A stretch of DNA of 64,000 nucleotides, from contig JBFLGF010000161.1 in NCBI GenBank assembly GCA_050230475.1, positions 1-64,000 on the forward strand. Reading direction: 5' to 3'. Both the position numbers and the translations under genes were made by a program. Shown here piece after piece: positions 42,501-54,883 of the stretch (the stretch's first letter is position 1; each line of letters opens with the position of its first letter). The notes under the pieces are model-generated. The model had not been told where the DNA came from and ran no database searches. It saw nothing but the letters and a program-made list of their open reading frames with translations. This stretch comes from Ancylonema sp. (Eukaryota).

Positions 42501-45500
42501 CGACAACGAAAACGAAACCCCTATTTCTCTACCCCCCCCCTCCCCTTTGCAGAAGGTTATGGATTCCGACCCCCCCTCCCCCCCCCCCCCCCCCGAGAGC
42601 CTGTTGGGCTATGGCAGCGCCACCAGCGCGATTGTTTTGGCTCTCAAAGTGCTCAGTCTGCGCGTGCTCCTGGTGCAAGACTGCCGCAAGGTGTACGGGA
42701 CCATGCTGCTGAACCTGATCGGGGAGAAGGGGGTGCATGGGAGCATTCTGATGGCCATCCTGGACATGGTGTGTGGATGGAGGGAGAGGGACATGCACAA
42801 GGGGGGGGTGATCACTCTCAAGGACATGCACGCCTTCCTGTCCACCTTCACACTGGCGGACAGGAGCGGGTGCTCGCCCAGCATGGCGGAGGAGTACGAG
42901 GACAAGTACCTGCGGCTGCTGCACACCATGTGCAGCGATCCAAGGTGACAGCTGGCAGAGGGGTGGATGGTGCGGCCTGTGTACCAAATTTTCTCATCTT
43001 TTTTTAGCACGCCATTCTGTGAAAGGGGGGGAGTTGGGGTCGATTTTTTGACTTTGGCCCTGCGCGTCGATGTGGCAGCATCTCCCCCCCCGTGCGCGCC
43101 GAAATCTTCCAGAAGATCGAGAAGACGCACATGAAGGGGCTGCGGGCGACCAACCCCGAAGTGCGCCGCCTCTTCTTCTCTCTCTACCACACCTCCATCG
43201 GACGCACCCTCTTCCTCCGCCTCCAGTACATCATGAGCCAGCAGGACTGGGAGCCAATGGCGGACAAGTTCTGGATCCAGCAGGCTCTCGACCTCATCCT
43301 GGCCATCCTGGTGGAAGACGAGCCCATAACGCTCGCTCCCAACGCGGGACACCTGGCGCCCCTCATCGGCAACGAGCCTATCGTGGAGCGTGCGGGAATG
43401 AACCTGGCGGCGGGACACGAGGGGGAAGAGGGAACGCCGCTCACGTTTGTGGCGCTGGTGAACAAACACGCGCGCTTCCTGAACGACATGCGCAGACTCA
43501 GTGTCAGAGACCTGCTGGCTCCTCTCAGAGAGCTGGGGGTGGTGGAGCCCTGGGTGCCCTACAGTCTGTGGGTGGTCGTCTTTCCCATAGTCTGGGCGGT
43601 GCTGCGGAAGGACGCGGAACAGGTCCAGCTGGCAAAGCCCATCATCGGACTCCTGTCGCGCGAGTACCACATGAAGCAGGTGCATGCGCGCCCCAACACG
43701 GTGCAGGCGCTGCTGGAAGGGGTGAGCTTGAGCCAACCGCAGCCCAACATCCCCAGCGACCTCATAAAGTACCTGGGCAAAACGTACTGTGCGTGGCACC
43801 TGGCCATCCCCCTGCTGGAGAGCCACGTCACGCTCTTCCCGGAGGACTCGCGGTGCTTCGACAACCTGGCGGAGCTGTACAGCCTGCTGAACGAGCCCGA
43901 CGCCGTGTACGGGGTGTGGAAGAACAGGGCGCAGTGCCAGGAGACCAGGCCCGCCCTGGCCATGGTGCAGCAGGGCTTCTGGCTGGAGGCGGAGGAGGTG
44001 CTGCTGGGAGCGCTGGGGACGGCCAGCAGTGGGGCGGTGGGGGGGGATGCCCCCAAGGTTGAGGTGGCTCTGGGGGAGGACCCGTGGGTGGAGGCCAGCA
44101 AGCGGCTGAGCAAGTGGCAGATGCTGGCAGAGATCGCAAGTAAGACGGAGAACCAGGAGCTGCTGCTGGAGAGCAGCTGGAGGATACCCAACTGGGAGCA
44201 GGTGGCTGCGCTGCTGCCCACCCTGCCGCCCGAAGAAAATCTGAAGGGGAAGATGGTGGGGGCCATGAGCTTGCTGCACCAGAACACGGCAGAGAGCGTG
44301 GAGGAGGCTGGGAGGAGGGTGGCAGAGGGGATCGATATTGCGCTGAGGCAGTGGTGGCAGGTGGCTGGGGCAGGGATGGAGTCCCATATCCCCCTTCTCC
44401 ACAACTTCCAGCAGCTGGTGGAGCTGAGAGAGAGCGGGGCGGTGCTGATGGACATCCCCCGCCCTCCTGCGATGGACCCCAAGCCCCCCGACTTCTTCCA
44501 GGAGATGAACGACACGCTGGAGACGTGGCGGCTGAGGACGCCCTGCATGTGGGACGAGGTGGGGGTGTGGCAGGACGTGCTGCTGTGGCGCAACGGGGTG
44601 TACGACGCCCTCATCGAGGCTTTCTCGGGATACGCAGACACATCCCCCCAGCTGCACCAGGTGGGGTTCAAGGACAAGGCGTGGTCAGTGAACCAGCTGG
44701 CTAGGGTGGCCCGGAAACACGGGCTGGGGGCGTCCACCGTGTGCCTCATCACGAAGCTCTACGGCTACGGGTGCATGGAGGTGCAAGAGGCGTTCCAGAA
44801 GATCAAGGAGCAGGCCAAGGCGTACCTGCAGTTCAACACGGAGCTGATGACGGGGATGAACCTCATCAACGGCACCAACCTGGACTACTTCGCACCCACC
44901 AACAAGGCCCAGATACTGCGTCTCAAGGGCGACTTTTTGCAGAGGATGGGGGATGGGGATGGGGCCAACCACGCGTACTTCACCTCCGTGTCCCTCTTCC
45001 GCCACCTCCCCCGTGCCTGGCTCAGCTGGGGGCACTACTGCCACAAAGTGTACCGCGAAACCAAGGAGGCGTGCTGGCTGGAGTACGCGGTGTCCTGCCT
45101 GCTGCAGGGAGTGGTGTACGGCAAAGCCAGTGCCAAGGCGCACATGGCCAAGATCCTCTACCTGCTGTCGTTTGAGAACGTGGAGGGGAGGGTGGGGGCG
45201 GCGTTCGACAAGTACTCGCCCGCCATCCCCCACTCTGTTTGGCTGCCCTGGGTGCCCCACCTGCTGCTCTCCCTGCAGCGGCCTGAGGCAGCACACGTGA
45301 AGGTCCTGTTGCAGCGGCTGGGGCAGTTCTACCCGCAGGCGCTCTACTACTGGCTGCGAACGTACCTGCTGGAAAAGAGGGAGGCGGTGCAGAGGACGGA
45401 GATGGTGGCGAGGGCAGGGAGGGGGAACGCAGACGCCAGCAGCAAGGAGGGGGGGGTGGGGGAGGGGCCTGGGGGAGGGGTAGGGGGGGGGGGGGGGGGA

Positions 45501-47425
45501 GGGGGCCAGTGCGGCATTGGCCGTGTTTGAGAGCACTCGGGAGGTGATGGCGGCATTGGCCGTGTTTGAGAGCACTCGGGAGGTGATGGAGACGCTGCGA
45601 CAGAAGCACTCCAACCTGGTGTCGGAACTGGAGCTCATGCTGTCCGACATCGCCCAGAAATTCGCGCCTCTGCCAGAGGAGCGGCTGATGGCGGTGGTGC
45701 ACGCGCTGCTGCACCGCTGCTACAGGAACCCGCTGCCCACGCATGCAGACGTGCCTGCGGCGCTGCAGAGGGAGCTGGGCAACGTCTGTAAGGCGTGCTT
45801 CAACGGGGAGAGGGACCCGCGCAACGTGGCCTTTGTGAGGGAGTACAAGGCGGCATTCGAGAGGGACTTGGACCCGGACTCGCCCACCTTCCCCGTCGTG
45901 AGCAATGCGGAGGAGCGGCTGCCAGCTGTGCTGAAGCTGGAGGAGGAGAGTCGGCACCTCAGGGAGTGGAACGTTCTGGACGTGGAAATGCCGGGGCAGT
46001 ACTTTGGGGACAAGGTAAAGACTTTCGGGTCCGTGACAGGTGGCGCGACAGGTGGCAGAGTGTGTGACAATGTGTGGCGTGTTCCTGTTGCAGGAGGTGG
46101 TGATGGACCAAGCGGTGAAGATTGAGCGCATCGGCGCCGACGTCACCATCGTCCGGCGGCACAGCAGCAGCAACCGACGGCTGACCTTCCACGGCAGCGA
46201 CGGCAGCGTCAGGCACTTTGTGGTGCAGACGTCGCTGACCCCCAGCTGTAAGAGCGACGAGAGGATGGTCCAGCTGTTCCGCACCATGAACGTCCACCTG
46301 GCCAAGCACAAGGAGTCCAGGAGGCGGAACCTGGCCTTCCACGCGCCCCTCATCGTGCCTGTCTGGCCACAGGTCGACCCTAAAAACCCCTCTCACAACA
46401 GCAGAATCGAGTGGGGGAGGGAAGGGCAGGCTTTGCGGGAAGGGGGCGGTGGAGGGTAGTCACACGGTTGGTCGGTTGGTCGGTTGGTTGTCCAGGTGCG
46501 TCTGGTGGAGGACGACCTGGCGTACACGAGCTTGGGGGAGGTGTACGAAATCAGTTGCGCGCGGTTCGGGCGGCAGCCGGATCAGCCCATTCAGTACTTC
46601 AAGGAGTGTCTGAACGACCTCCTGCTGCAGGCAGTGCCGCAGGAGGAGGCCATCGCCGCCCGCCGCCTGCTCATCTACAACGAAATCACCAACCAGAGCG
46701 AGAAGCAGAACGCGGCGGGTGGCGTGGCGCTGCACTACGTGGCGGAGAGCGTGCTGAGTCAGTACCTGTACAAGATCCTGCCCTCCGCGTCCGCCCTGTG
46801 GGTGATGAAGAAACAGCTGGCAGCACAGCTGGCGCTCACGTCCACGGTGGCATACACGCTGAAACTGGGGGGGCGGGCGCCCAACCGCATTCTGTTCGCT
46901 AAAAACAGCGGGAAGATGATGCACACCGATTTCCACCCCAACTACGACCTCTCCGGGATGGTGGAGGGGGTGGAGTCGGTGCCCTTCCGTCTGACGCGCA
47001 ACCTGCAGACCTTCCTCTCGCAGTGCGGCACGGACGGCCTCTTTGTGCCCGCCATGGCTTCCACTGCGCAGGCCCTGGTGGGGCGAGGGGGGGATGCGGG
47101 AGGGGTGTTTGAGCAACAGCTGGCCTTGTATTTCCGGGATGAGCTCATCTCATGGGCGAGTCGACGCCAGCCTGGCGTACCACCTCAGCAGAGCCTCACC
47201 CCACTGCCCACCGCTGAGCTGAAGGCGAAAGTGAGTCTCAACACTGCTGCCACCTGGCACAGGATCAACGTGTTGGCGCCTCAAACTTACCTGGCCGCAC
47301 AAGGGGGGGAGGAGGCGGAAGAGGGGGGGTCGAGCGTACATGAGGGGGTGACCATGCTGGTTGAGGAAGCAATGAGGCCTAAGAACTTGTGCATGATGGA
47401 CCCCACGTGGCACCCATGGTTCTAG
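30120..47425 (+). CDS. TRA1: TRRAP/Tra1, PIKK pseudokinase subunit of SAGA/NuA4; many exons, several apparent lesions
   Basis: Exon 1 30120-30192 [102 protein letters not shown] region, PI3K-like [18 protein letters not shown] end [10 protein letters not shown] followed by TAG. Confidence 0.97.
32525..33560. repeat. ~1 kb compound (AT)n/(TATG)n/(TAGA) microsatellite inside a TRRAP intron
   Basis: Direct reading; lies between exons ..TLLDD(R) and (R)[10 protein letters not shown]. Confidence 0.95.
38175..38460. repeat. Intronic (TA)n/(TATG)n/(TG)n microsatellite
   Basis: Direct reading. Confidence 0.95.
40397..40530. repeat. Intronic (GGTACG/GGTACT)n hexamer repeat
   Basis: gggtacgggtacgggtacgggtacgggtactggtactgg... 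Confidence 0.85.
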
Positions 47426-49129
47426 GGGAGCTCTAAGGCGACCCATTACGGGAGCGCAATCGAAGCAACTGTACAAATGAGCGGGATGCATAGGAAATAT
47501 CTAGGTTTGCGCACGCTAGCCCTGCAAGGAAGGCGCAATAAAATCAAGGAACAAATACGATCAAATTGTACAAAAGTTAGCTTTTTAACTGTCATTTCTG
47601 TTAGAAGTCGTCGACCGAGTTGATGGTATGCTCGACACTTTTTTTGGTGTGTGTGTCGGGGGAGGAGGGGGAGGAGGGGGAGGTGGGTGTGGGTGTGTGA
47701 CTCAATGGCAATGCGGCTCGATGAATCAAGCTTGGTCAATATGCATCACATAAAGCACACAGGAGCCCAAATGTCATGATGAGTGTTGTCATGACTTCAA
47801 AATTTGAGTGAATAGTGGAGCTGTGTTGTTCACGTCATCTGGCCTTGGGAAGGTCATTTTTTTGCACACTACTCGATCGTCACTTAGATTTGGGTGAATT
47901 TATACGCCTCCACATTGCACCATGCCACAAAGGATCGCTTTGATCGTATCTGATGCTCGTGCAATGCTAAGGCGCACTTGTCGTTTGTTGGAAGTTGTCT
48001 TTGAGTTTGGGTCCAATCACTTTGCACACGCATATCCGTTGGACAATTTGGTAGTATTTATCGACAACCCCACTGGTTGAGGCTAATATTGCTCCAAGTA
48101 ACATAATGGGCATAAACATTTTGCATACGACACCGTCACACATTGCAGTGGACTCCATCATACTTGACGTATTGGATGGGTTGTCATTGGTACTAATGTT
48201 CATGCACGTACCGTAGAAACCCTGTTTCAATCCCCACGAACAAATTCAAAACTTGTTCGTAGTAGGTAAGGAAATAACAAAATTTCGGTTTTGGTGGTGT
48301 AACGTAATGTGAAGGGGGGTTCAGAGTGGGGGTTTGGCTAAAAATCAATGTCAGGTCTACCTGCTAGAAGGAAGGCGTTGGCGCTAATTTCAGCCCGCCA
48401 CGTGTCCAAATACCCCGACAGGTGCGTGCCTGCCACAATTTGCACCGTTCTAACGCACCGGCTCTCTCGAGCAGCTGGCGGCACAAATGCCATAGTGTCA
48501 TATGGTATAGAGTTGTGTAGAAATAGCGGCATTCACTCCATTTAATGTCTACTACACTCCCCACATCGTATGCCTTTCCCTACGCATTCATGCTTGGGAC
48601 ACCTTGCACAGCACCATTCCCTTATATGTGTGGCAAACACAATTGTCATGCCATTTAAAATTTTGATGTCACTTGAGAAACGAGAGACGTACATACCGAA
48701 TTTAAGGAGGATTAAGAATTTGACAACCGTGACAATCCCAATTCCCAAGCGGCGCAATGTGCAAAGGAATGCAGAGCGGTTTGGCGAAGGTATAGACGCG
48801 ATCGCACCCTCCGAGCACAATTGGGTATCGCGAAGGAACCAATCAGACCCACAGCAAGAGAACCTAGGGATATGGACAGATTATTTGACGACCTTCAAGC
48901 ACCTTCCAACTATCGACAACAGAGAATCTTACCGCAATTCGAACATTTCGCCCATTTCAAGGCGAGATACTTGAGAGGATGTTTGCACGTTTCAATATGC
49001 TGGCAAAGCCGTTAGAGGAAGAGCATTCCCGCGTTATGACTATAGACCAGCCGAATGCGGTCTACCTCCATCACCTTCAATTTCTTTTTGTCTACAGCTG
49101 CCTTGCTTGTGGGCAGACTAGTGATTTGC

Positions 49130-49330
49130 ATTTGGCATGCTCCAAGTACTAGTGAGATGTTGTATCGCATGTGTATGGTGCGGATCTGGACTAGACCATG
49201 TTGCATGTGTGAGCGGACACGTGTGTGATGAAATAGTGTTTCGCACGTGGGTGGCGCATTCAACAATGATGTTCGTTAGAACGATCGTGTGGCACGTGTG
49301 AGGATGGCACGATGTTAGACGATGATCTTC
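49130..49330 (+). repeat. Copy of the dispersed CACGTG-rich repeat family abutting the truncated Copia end
   Basis: tagaccatgttgcatgtgtgagcggacacgtgtgt (49192-49226) vs tagatcatgttgcacatgtgagcgaacacgtgtgt (23058-23092). Confidence 0.65.
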
Positions 49331-49334
49331 TTGA

Positions 49335-50700
49335 CATGGAATGTTGATGGAATGTCTTCGAGGAAGTCAAACATATTTGTGTCACCCAACATGTGATATT
49401 CAGCTCCGTTGTCACAGACTCACTCCCTCTCTTCTCCATCACCATCTCCTATGCCCATGTTGATCTCCCCAATCAGCACCTCTGCATGTCCTTGATCTTC
49501 CCCATCTGTTCCCTCCCCAAATCTTCCATGGCTACCTTGGCCTCTCCTTGCGCTACCAGCACCTCGACCCCTTGTTCCTGTACCACCGGATTTGCCTCCC
49601 CTTGCAACTCCATTTGCCTTGCTGTAACATATTAACTCAATGTCTCTTACTCCTCCACACCATGTTCATACACTATCCTTCTTTGGGCACTCTCTGCTCC
49701 AATGGTCCAACTCACCACATGTGAAACAATTCTCTTTTTTCCCTCCACTTCCTCTATCGCCTCGACCGCTGAGACTTCCCCTTCCTCTCCCCCTAAAGCT
49801 CCCTCGACCCCTCGTAGACTGACAATAGACTTTTGTCGCCATTGCCGACGCTCCAGATTGCAGTGCCCTCCTCTTCTCTGTAGACTCTATATCATACATT
49901 CGATCCCAGATGTAGTCTATGGGTGGAGCTGGAGTTTGCGCGAAGTACGACTCACGAAGTATATCATACTTCTCTGGTAGAGCACCAAGGAGTGTCTGCA
50001 ACCGATCATTTGCTTCTATCATACCACCCTGTACTGTCACCTTGCGCAAGAGCTCATTGTACCTCTGCTTGATAGTAAGATTTGACTCATCACCACTGAT
50101 TGTGAAGACAAGAAACTCTGTACGAGCTGATGATCGCTGCGCGGGTGTCACTTTATTGTAATCTGCTCCAAGTTGTGCCCACATGAGCATGAACATGAAC
50201 ATGAACATCGAGACTCATGACAATACTTTCGTCTACTGTGTGAGTGATGAGTGACGCGGCCTTCTTGGACCTCTTTCTCCAATCCTCGATTTCGACGTGT
50301 CTTTTCTCAACCTCCGCAATATTGACCGGAACATTTTCAGCATCCAAAACTTCTGCGATTTCAGGAGGCTCCATCTCTATACCGTTTACTATTTCCAAAC
50401 AGTCCTCTGCATCCACGATTGCCGTGACCTTTGTTCTCCACGGACCATAAGACAATGCGTCCTTCAACACTATCTTTTTTACATACTCTGAGGATCCGGA
50501 GCCAGAGGCTCTGATACCACTTGTGGACGCCATGTTGACATACACTCTTGACTCAACTCTTCACTCACTCAGAACTCAAATAGTGCTCAATGACTATTAA
50601 CACATACACATACTCAGTTGCGTATTCACATACACTTTAAACTCATACACATTGTGCGCGACACATAGACAAAGCTTCTTTCATGAAAAGCAAGTAAAAA
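49335..50700 (-). mobile_element. Truncated, degenerate Ty1/Copia retrotransposon: 5' LTR end, PBS, gag and start of protease
   Basis: PBS TGGTATCAGAGC next to an LTR end ..TCCACA (50522); gag SYGPWRTKV..DWRKRSKKAASLI, a frameshift, LLGALPEKYD, zinc knuckle CFTCGELDHWSREC, a second broken knuckle *TWCGGVRDIELIC, and protease-like E*VCDNGAEYHM (~49420-49390). Far LTR boundary not resolved. Confidence 0.9.
50508..50519 (-). other. Primer binding site complementary to initiator tRNA-Met
   Basis: Plus strand gctctgatacca is the reverse complement of TGGTATCAGAGC. Confidence 0.9.
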
Positions 50701-51802
50701 CAAATATAGGAGAAGAATTGTCACTTCAGTGGTTTGGTAAGCGAATCTCGATCCGCTAGCCAAAAGTATGACCTTGGAACACGCAACCGAGTCCAAAGCA
50801 TTCTAAAAACGACTTACGACCCTAGATACATCGAACGATCAATCTAAACCCGGTCATACACAATCTTCATAAATACGCACCAAGCTAGGCTACGCCGTCG
50901 CCACGCCGTCACGCTGTCACTGACACAAAATCAATTACGAACTAAAATACACGCGTCACAATACTACCTATCTCCGATATAAGCACCAAACACATTTCAT
51001 AGGCGCACACTCACACACTACTAATTTCATAGACGCACACTCACACACAAAACCAAGAACGTCACCGATCACACCAAGAGTTCCCGTCAAACTAAATTTG
51101 CAAATTTGGCCACCTAAATGTTTAATACTAATATAATATACAAGTAATGTTGCAGCACATATATCTCACACTTTCCTGGTTGATGCAGAGCTTTGGGTGA
51201 TTGGAAGGTGATGGTCCTAGACCGCGCGGAAGTCTTCGTAAGTCACGGGCTGCGAGGCTTGGGACGTCTCACGATACGGAACGACATCACTAAAGGGAAT
51301 ATCATAGAAAGACAACTTTGAAACGTACATGAAATCAGTCGAAAGCACGCATTGTGTCAGAGTAAAAATAATGAAGTATTCAACCTTTATGCGTTCGAAC
51401 GATATTGTGCAAAAACGTCAATTGATCAGTATCAACAAAGAGCTCACGAGATACTAAGAGTTTTGCGATGCACGCAGTCATTCACACATGGATTCTACAA
51501 GGTTTCGCTGAGTCGGATTAGACTCAGCGAAAAGTTGGTGCAAAGCGGCTCACGGAGCTTACTCAAGACACACTTTGCCTGAATGTAGTGATGAAAAAGA
51601 GCATATGGACGAGCTGCACCGATGTCCGTTGCTAGCGACGAAATATTGTAAGCGTCATCTGTGAATAAAATACATGTGTTTAACAAACGCTACGAGGTCC
51701 ATCCAACGTTCGAAGCGTGCTTTCCTCTGGATGCTAGTCCGCCACCTGGTGGACGCGCGAATCATTGCCTCGTATCCGAATGGATTGCCCCGTATCTATG
51801 TT

Positions 51803-51904
51803 CAGTGAGTACTCGTCATAGGCATACCTCTGGGACACGGGAGTTTTTTTGGCCTATAACGAGACTGTGCCCCTAACGAGTGTGCCTGTAACGAGTATTT
51901 ACTG
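51803..51904. mobile_element. ~100 bp element with imperfect ~25 bp terminal inverted repeats (Tc1/mariner-like CAGT ends)
   Basis: Left cagtgagtactcgtcataggcatac vs reverse complement of the right end cagtaaatactcgttacaggcacac; flanks are TT, not TA. Confidence 0.5.
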
Positions 51905-52034
51905 TTGCTACAGCAAACGGTACCATCGGGTGCACCTGGTGACTACAGGAAGGGCTGCTCTAACCAGTCAAACTACGCCTCGTGCCTAAAAGTCGTTTGG
52001 TCCACCTGGCAATGCCCGTGATATCGTGCTCTAA

Positions 52035-52594
52035 GAGCATAGCTTGTGACCACACCTTTTCAGACCACCTTTTCGGTCGTTACCCGGCGGTTAACAAGCT
52101 ATTATGAAGCTATATTTCAACATGCCTTATTTTATATTATTTTTCACACGTACGAAAAGTGGTCCCTGTTTATGACCACACCTTATTCGACCTTATTCGA
52201 CCTTATTCGACCCCCCCACGTCATTCTGCATCCGTTCCCCTGCCGTTGAGTTATGATCTAGAATTAGTATACAGCATCTGGAGACGCAGGCCACTTGGAG
52301 ACGCAGACGAGCGATCGTTTTCGGTCTGGCGCGAAGTATTTCGCGATATTTCGTGATATTTCGCGATATTTCGCGATATTTCGCGAAAAGCACTAAATTC
52401 CCACGCGAGAAGAACGCTCGTCGAAGGGAACACGTCCAAAAGGTGGGCTGCCTTTTAAATGGCAGTCCACCTTTTGATGTTTTCGTTATAAACGAAAAAG
52501 GTGTGGTCATAAACAGGGCCGCGAGCCCGGTTCCTACCTTATTTTGAAAATTTACAAAAGGTGGTGCCAAAAGGTGTGGGCACAAGCTATGCTC
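52035..52594. mobile_element. Tourist-like MITE (PIF/Harbinger), 560 bp, TAA target-site duplication
   Basis: TIR gagcatagcttgtgaccacacctttt... / ...aaaaggtgtgggcacaagctatgctc; TAA on both sides; internal inverted pair ccctgtttatgaccacacctt (52164) / aaggtgtggtcataaacaggg (52498). Confidence 0.9.
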
Positions 52595-53459
52595 TAATAT
52601 GTGTAAATAATTGTGGTCAAACGCGCGCCCGCTCAAAGAGCTAGTATGGCGGCATTGTTATAATGAGTACACGCTTCCGATCTTATACGTGCTGACAATA
52701 GCGGCACTCGATCGTACTGGACTGACATTATGGGGATGGAAGACGGCTGGATTGGGGTCGGATGTGGGGCTGGAAGTGGGGGTGTACGTACCTGAAAATA
52801 AGTCGAAACTGGCGGGTGGGGCGCTCGAAATTAATTGAAGACGGTCGGACGCAAGGGCCGGGGGGATGCGTAAATTAATTCGGGAGTCCCGCCCCAATTC
52901 CCACGTTGTTTGAGGCTGGGACCCATCACCACGAGCGTCTTTTCTGCACATTCTGACGCGTGGCGAGAGAATATTTGTCGTCGCCACATGGCGCATCGGG
53001 CCATCCGCGAGGCCAGGAAAGCAGCTGAGCTGTCACCGCATACGCTCCATACGCGCACTCAGCGCTACAGCACCTGGGCCACGCGGCTCAAGTGCAGCCC
53101 AGGTATTTGGGCTAGGTGCTGCCAAACAGTAATTCTAACTTTGACATGGAAATATTATGAAGCTCCTGCCTACATTATTTGGTTGATTCTCTACCAGTTA
53201 TTACCAATATAGATTTTTATCTTCCTTCCCTCGTAGATTCGATATGCGTTGAGCAGTATCAAGGGATCCTCGAAATCATCTACAACCTGTACTCATAACA
53301 GAAGCCTGTCATTTGAGATATGAGCCGCCCTTTGCCCGTTCGCAAGAATCTGAGATTTTTGTGAACCTAGATAGCCTTCCTTCCAGCATAGGTCTAACAT
53401 CCAACCGAGGTCAGTCGTAGTGTTCAGCTGTCCCTTTTTCTGGTAAAGTACTTGGAAGA

Positions 53460-54830
53460 ATGGCGAGCGTCCGCACGCTAGGCCACCACATTGCATCCCG
53501 ATTGGTGGAGGTGGGATGCAGTGATTTTTTCACTGTGCCTGGGGATTTCAATCTTGTTCTGCTTGACCAGGTGAGTCAATTTGCTTCCAAATAGCAATTT
53601 GCATTTAATTGCGTTTTCTGCCAAACAGGGACTTGTAGGCATTATATAGTCTACGGTCCTTCCTGTTTATTGTGTGAAACTTTTACACAGACTAACTCAC
53701 ACCAGTAAATGGAACTTTCAGAAGCCAATTTGGTATGTATGCGACATAGTGATCCTAGATGTACCTCTTAGTTTTAGTACATTAGCCGTGTTCCTTGGGA
53801 TCCATTTGCAGAGGCTGACTGCCTCTGCAATCAGCAAGGCTTACGTACACATCACATCAATTGTGAAGCGTCTAGAGCCCATCTCGAATGATTACTTTTA
53901 TTGGCTGCTGCCTTCCTCGAGTCTGTGCGTGCTGTAATTAAGACGCATCTACTCAATATGGACCCATTCTGCACTGAGATGTTACTGTTGTCAGATGTCA
54001 GATGATACTTTTGTCTCGCAAGGCACTATTAGAGATGTATTACAACATGATGGGAGTCTTATGGTCTCTATGGGGCTGCAAACACCACCGCTTCCTACGG
54101 TTGCCGTCAATACTGAAGCCTGTCGATTATTCATGTCCTTCTCTATTACATTTCAGGCCATTGGCCAGGAAGTGCTTTAGAACGTGCACGGAGTCAGTCA
54201 GTCCTTCTTAGTAAAAGTTGATGCTTGAAGCACATCGCACGGTCTGCTGCGATGTGCGTAGAAGGACAACTCACACTTTTTCCTTCCTGCTCCAGCTGAT
54301 TTCAGAGCCGAAACTCAAGATGATCAGCTGCTGCAATGAGCTGAACGCCGGGTATGCAGCAGACGGGTATGCTCGAGCCAAGGTGAGCCTCATTTCTATC
54401 ATGCGGCAGAATGGCAGAATGTGAAAGTCTGTGAGCATTCTGGACGTTTCTGATCGCCAAAAAACTCAGAGTCTCAGGATGTGACACTCAGTCCTGTCTT
54501 GATATCGATAGGCATGGCGGTGTGCTATCTCCGCCGCAGCATCCTATGCTGTGACACAACATTATTTTACTAACATTATTTTTCGTTATACATAGGATAT
54601 CTATATACCTACATACCCATACCTATACACAATGTATGGAGGCATTTAGGTATATAGGTATACAGGTATGTATATATATATATATATAATGGTTGTAAAG
54701 GTATGTGTACAGGTGTACAGGTATTGAAGTATTTAGGTATACAGATATTTATGTAGACATAGAGTTGTCCTGGTATATGTAAATATTTAGGTACATTGGT
54801 ATACAGATATGTATGTATAAATACTTGTAC

Positions 54831-54883
<53 letters not shown>

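Noticed and set aside
42609..46353. Long antisense ORFs (682, 397, 443, 321 aa) opposite TRRAP
   Set aside because: Expected shadows of GC-rich codon usage; no recognisable motifs
46860..46940. TRRAP lacking kinase catalytic residues ([12 protein letters not shown]) as a novelty
   Set aside because: TRRAP/Tra1 is an established pseudokinase
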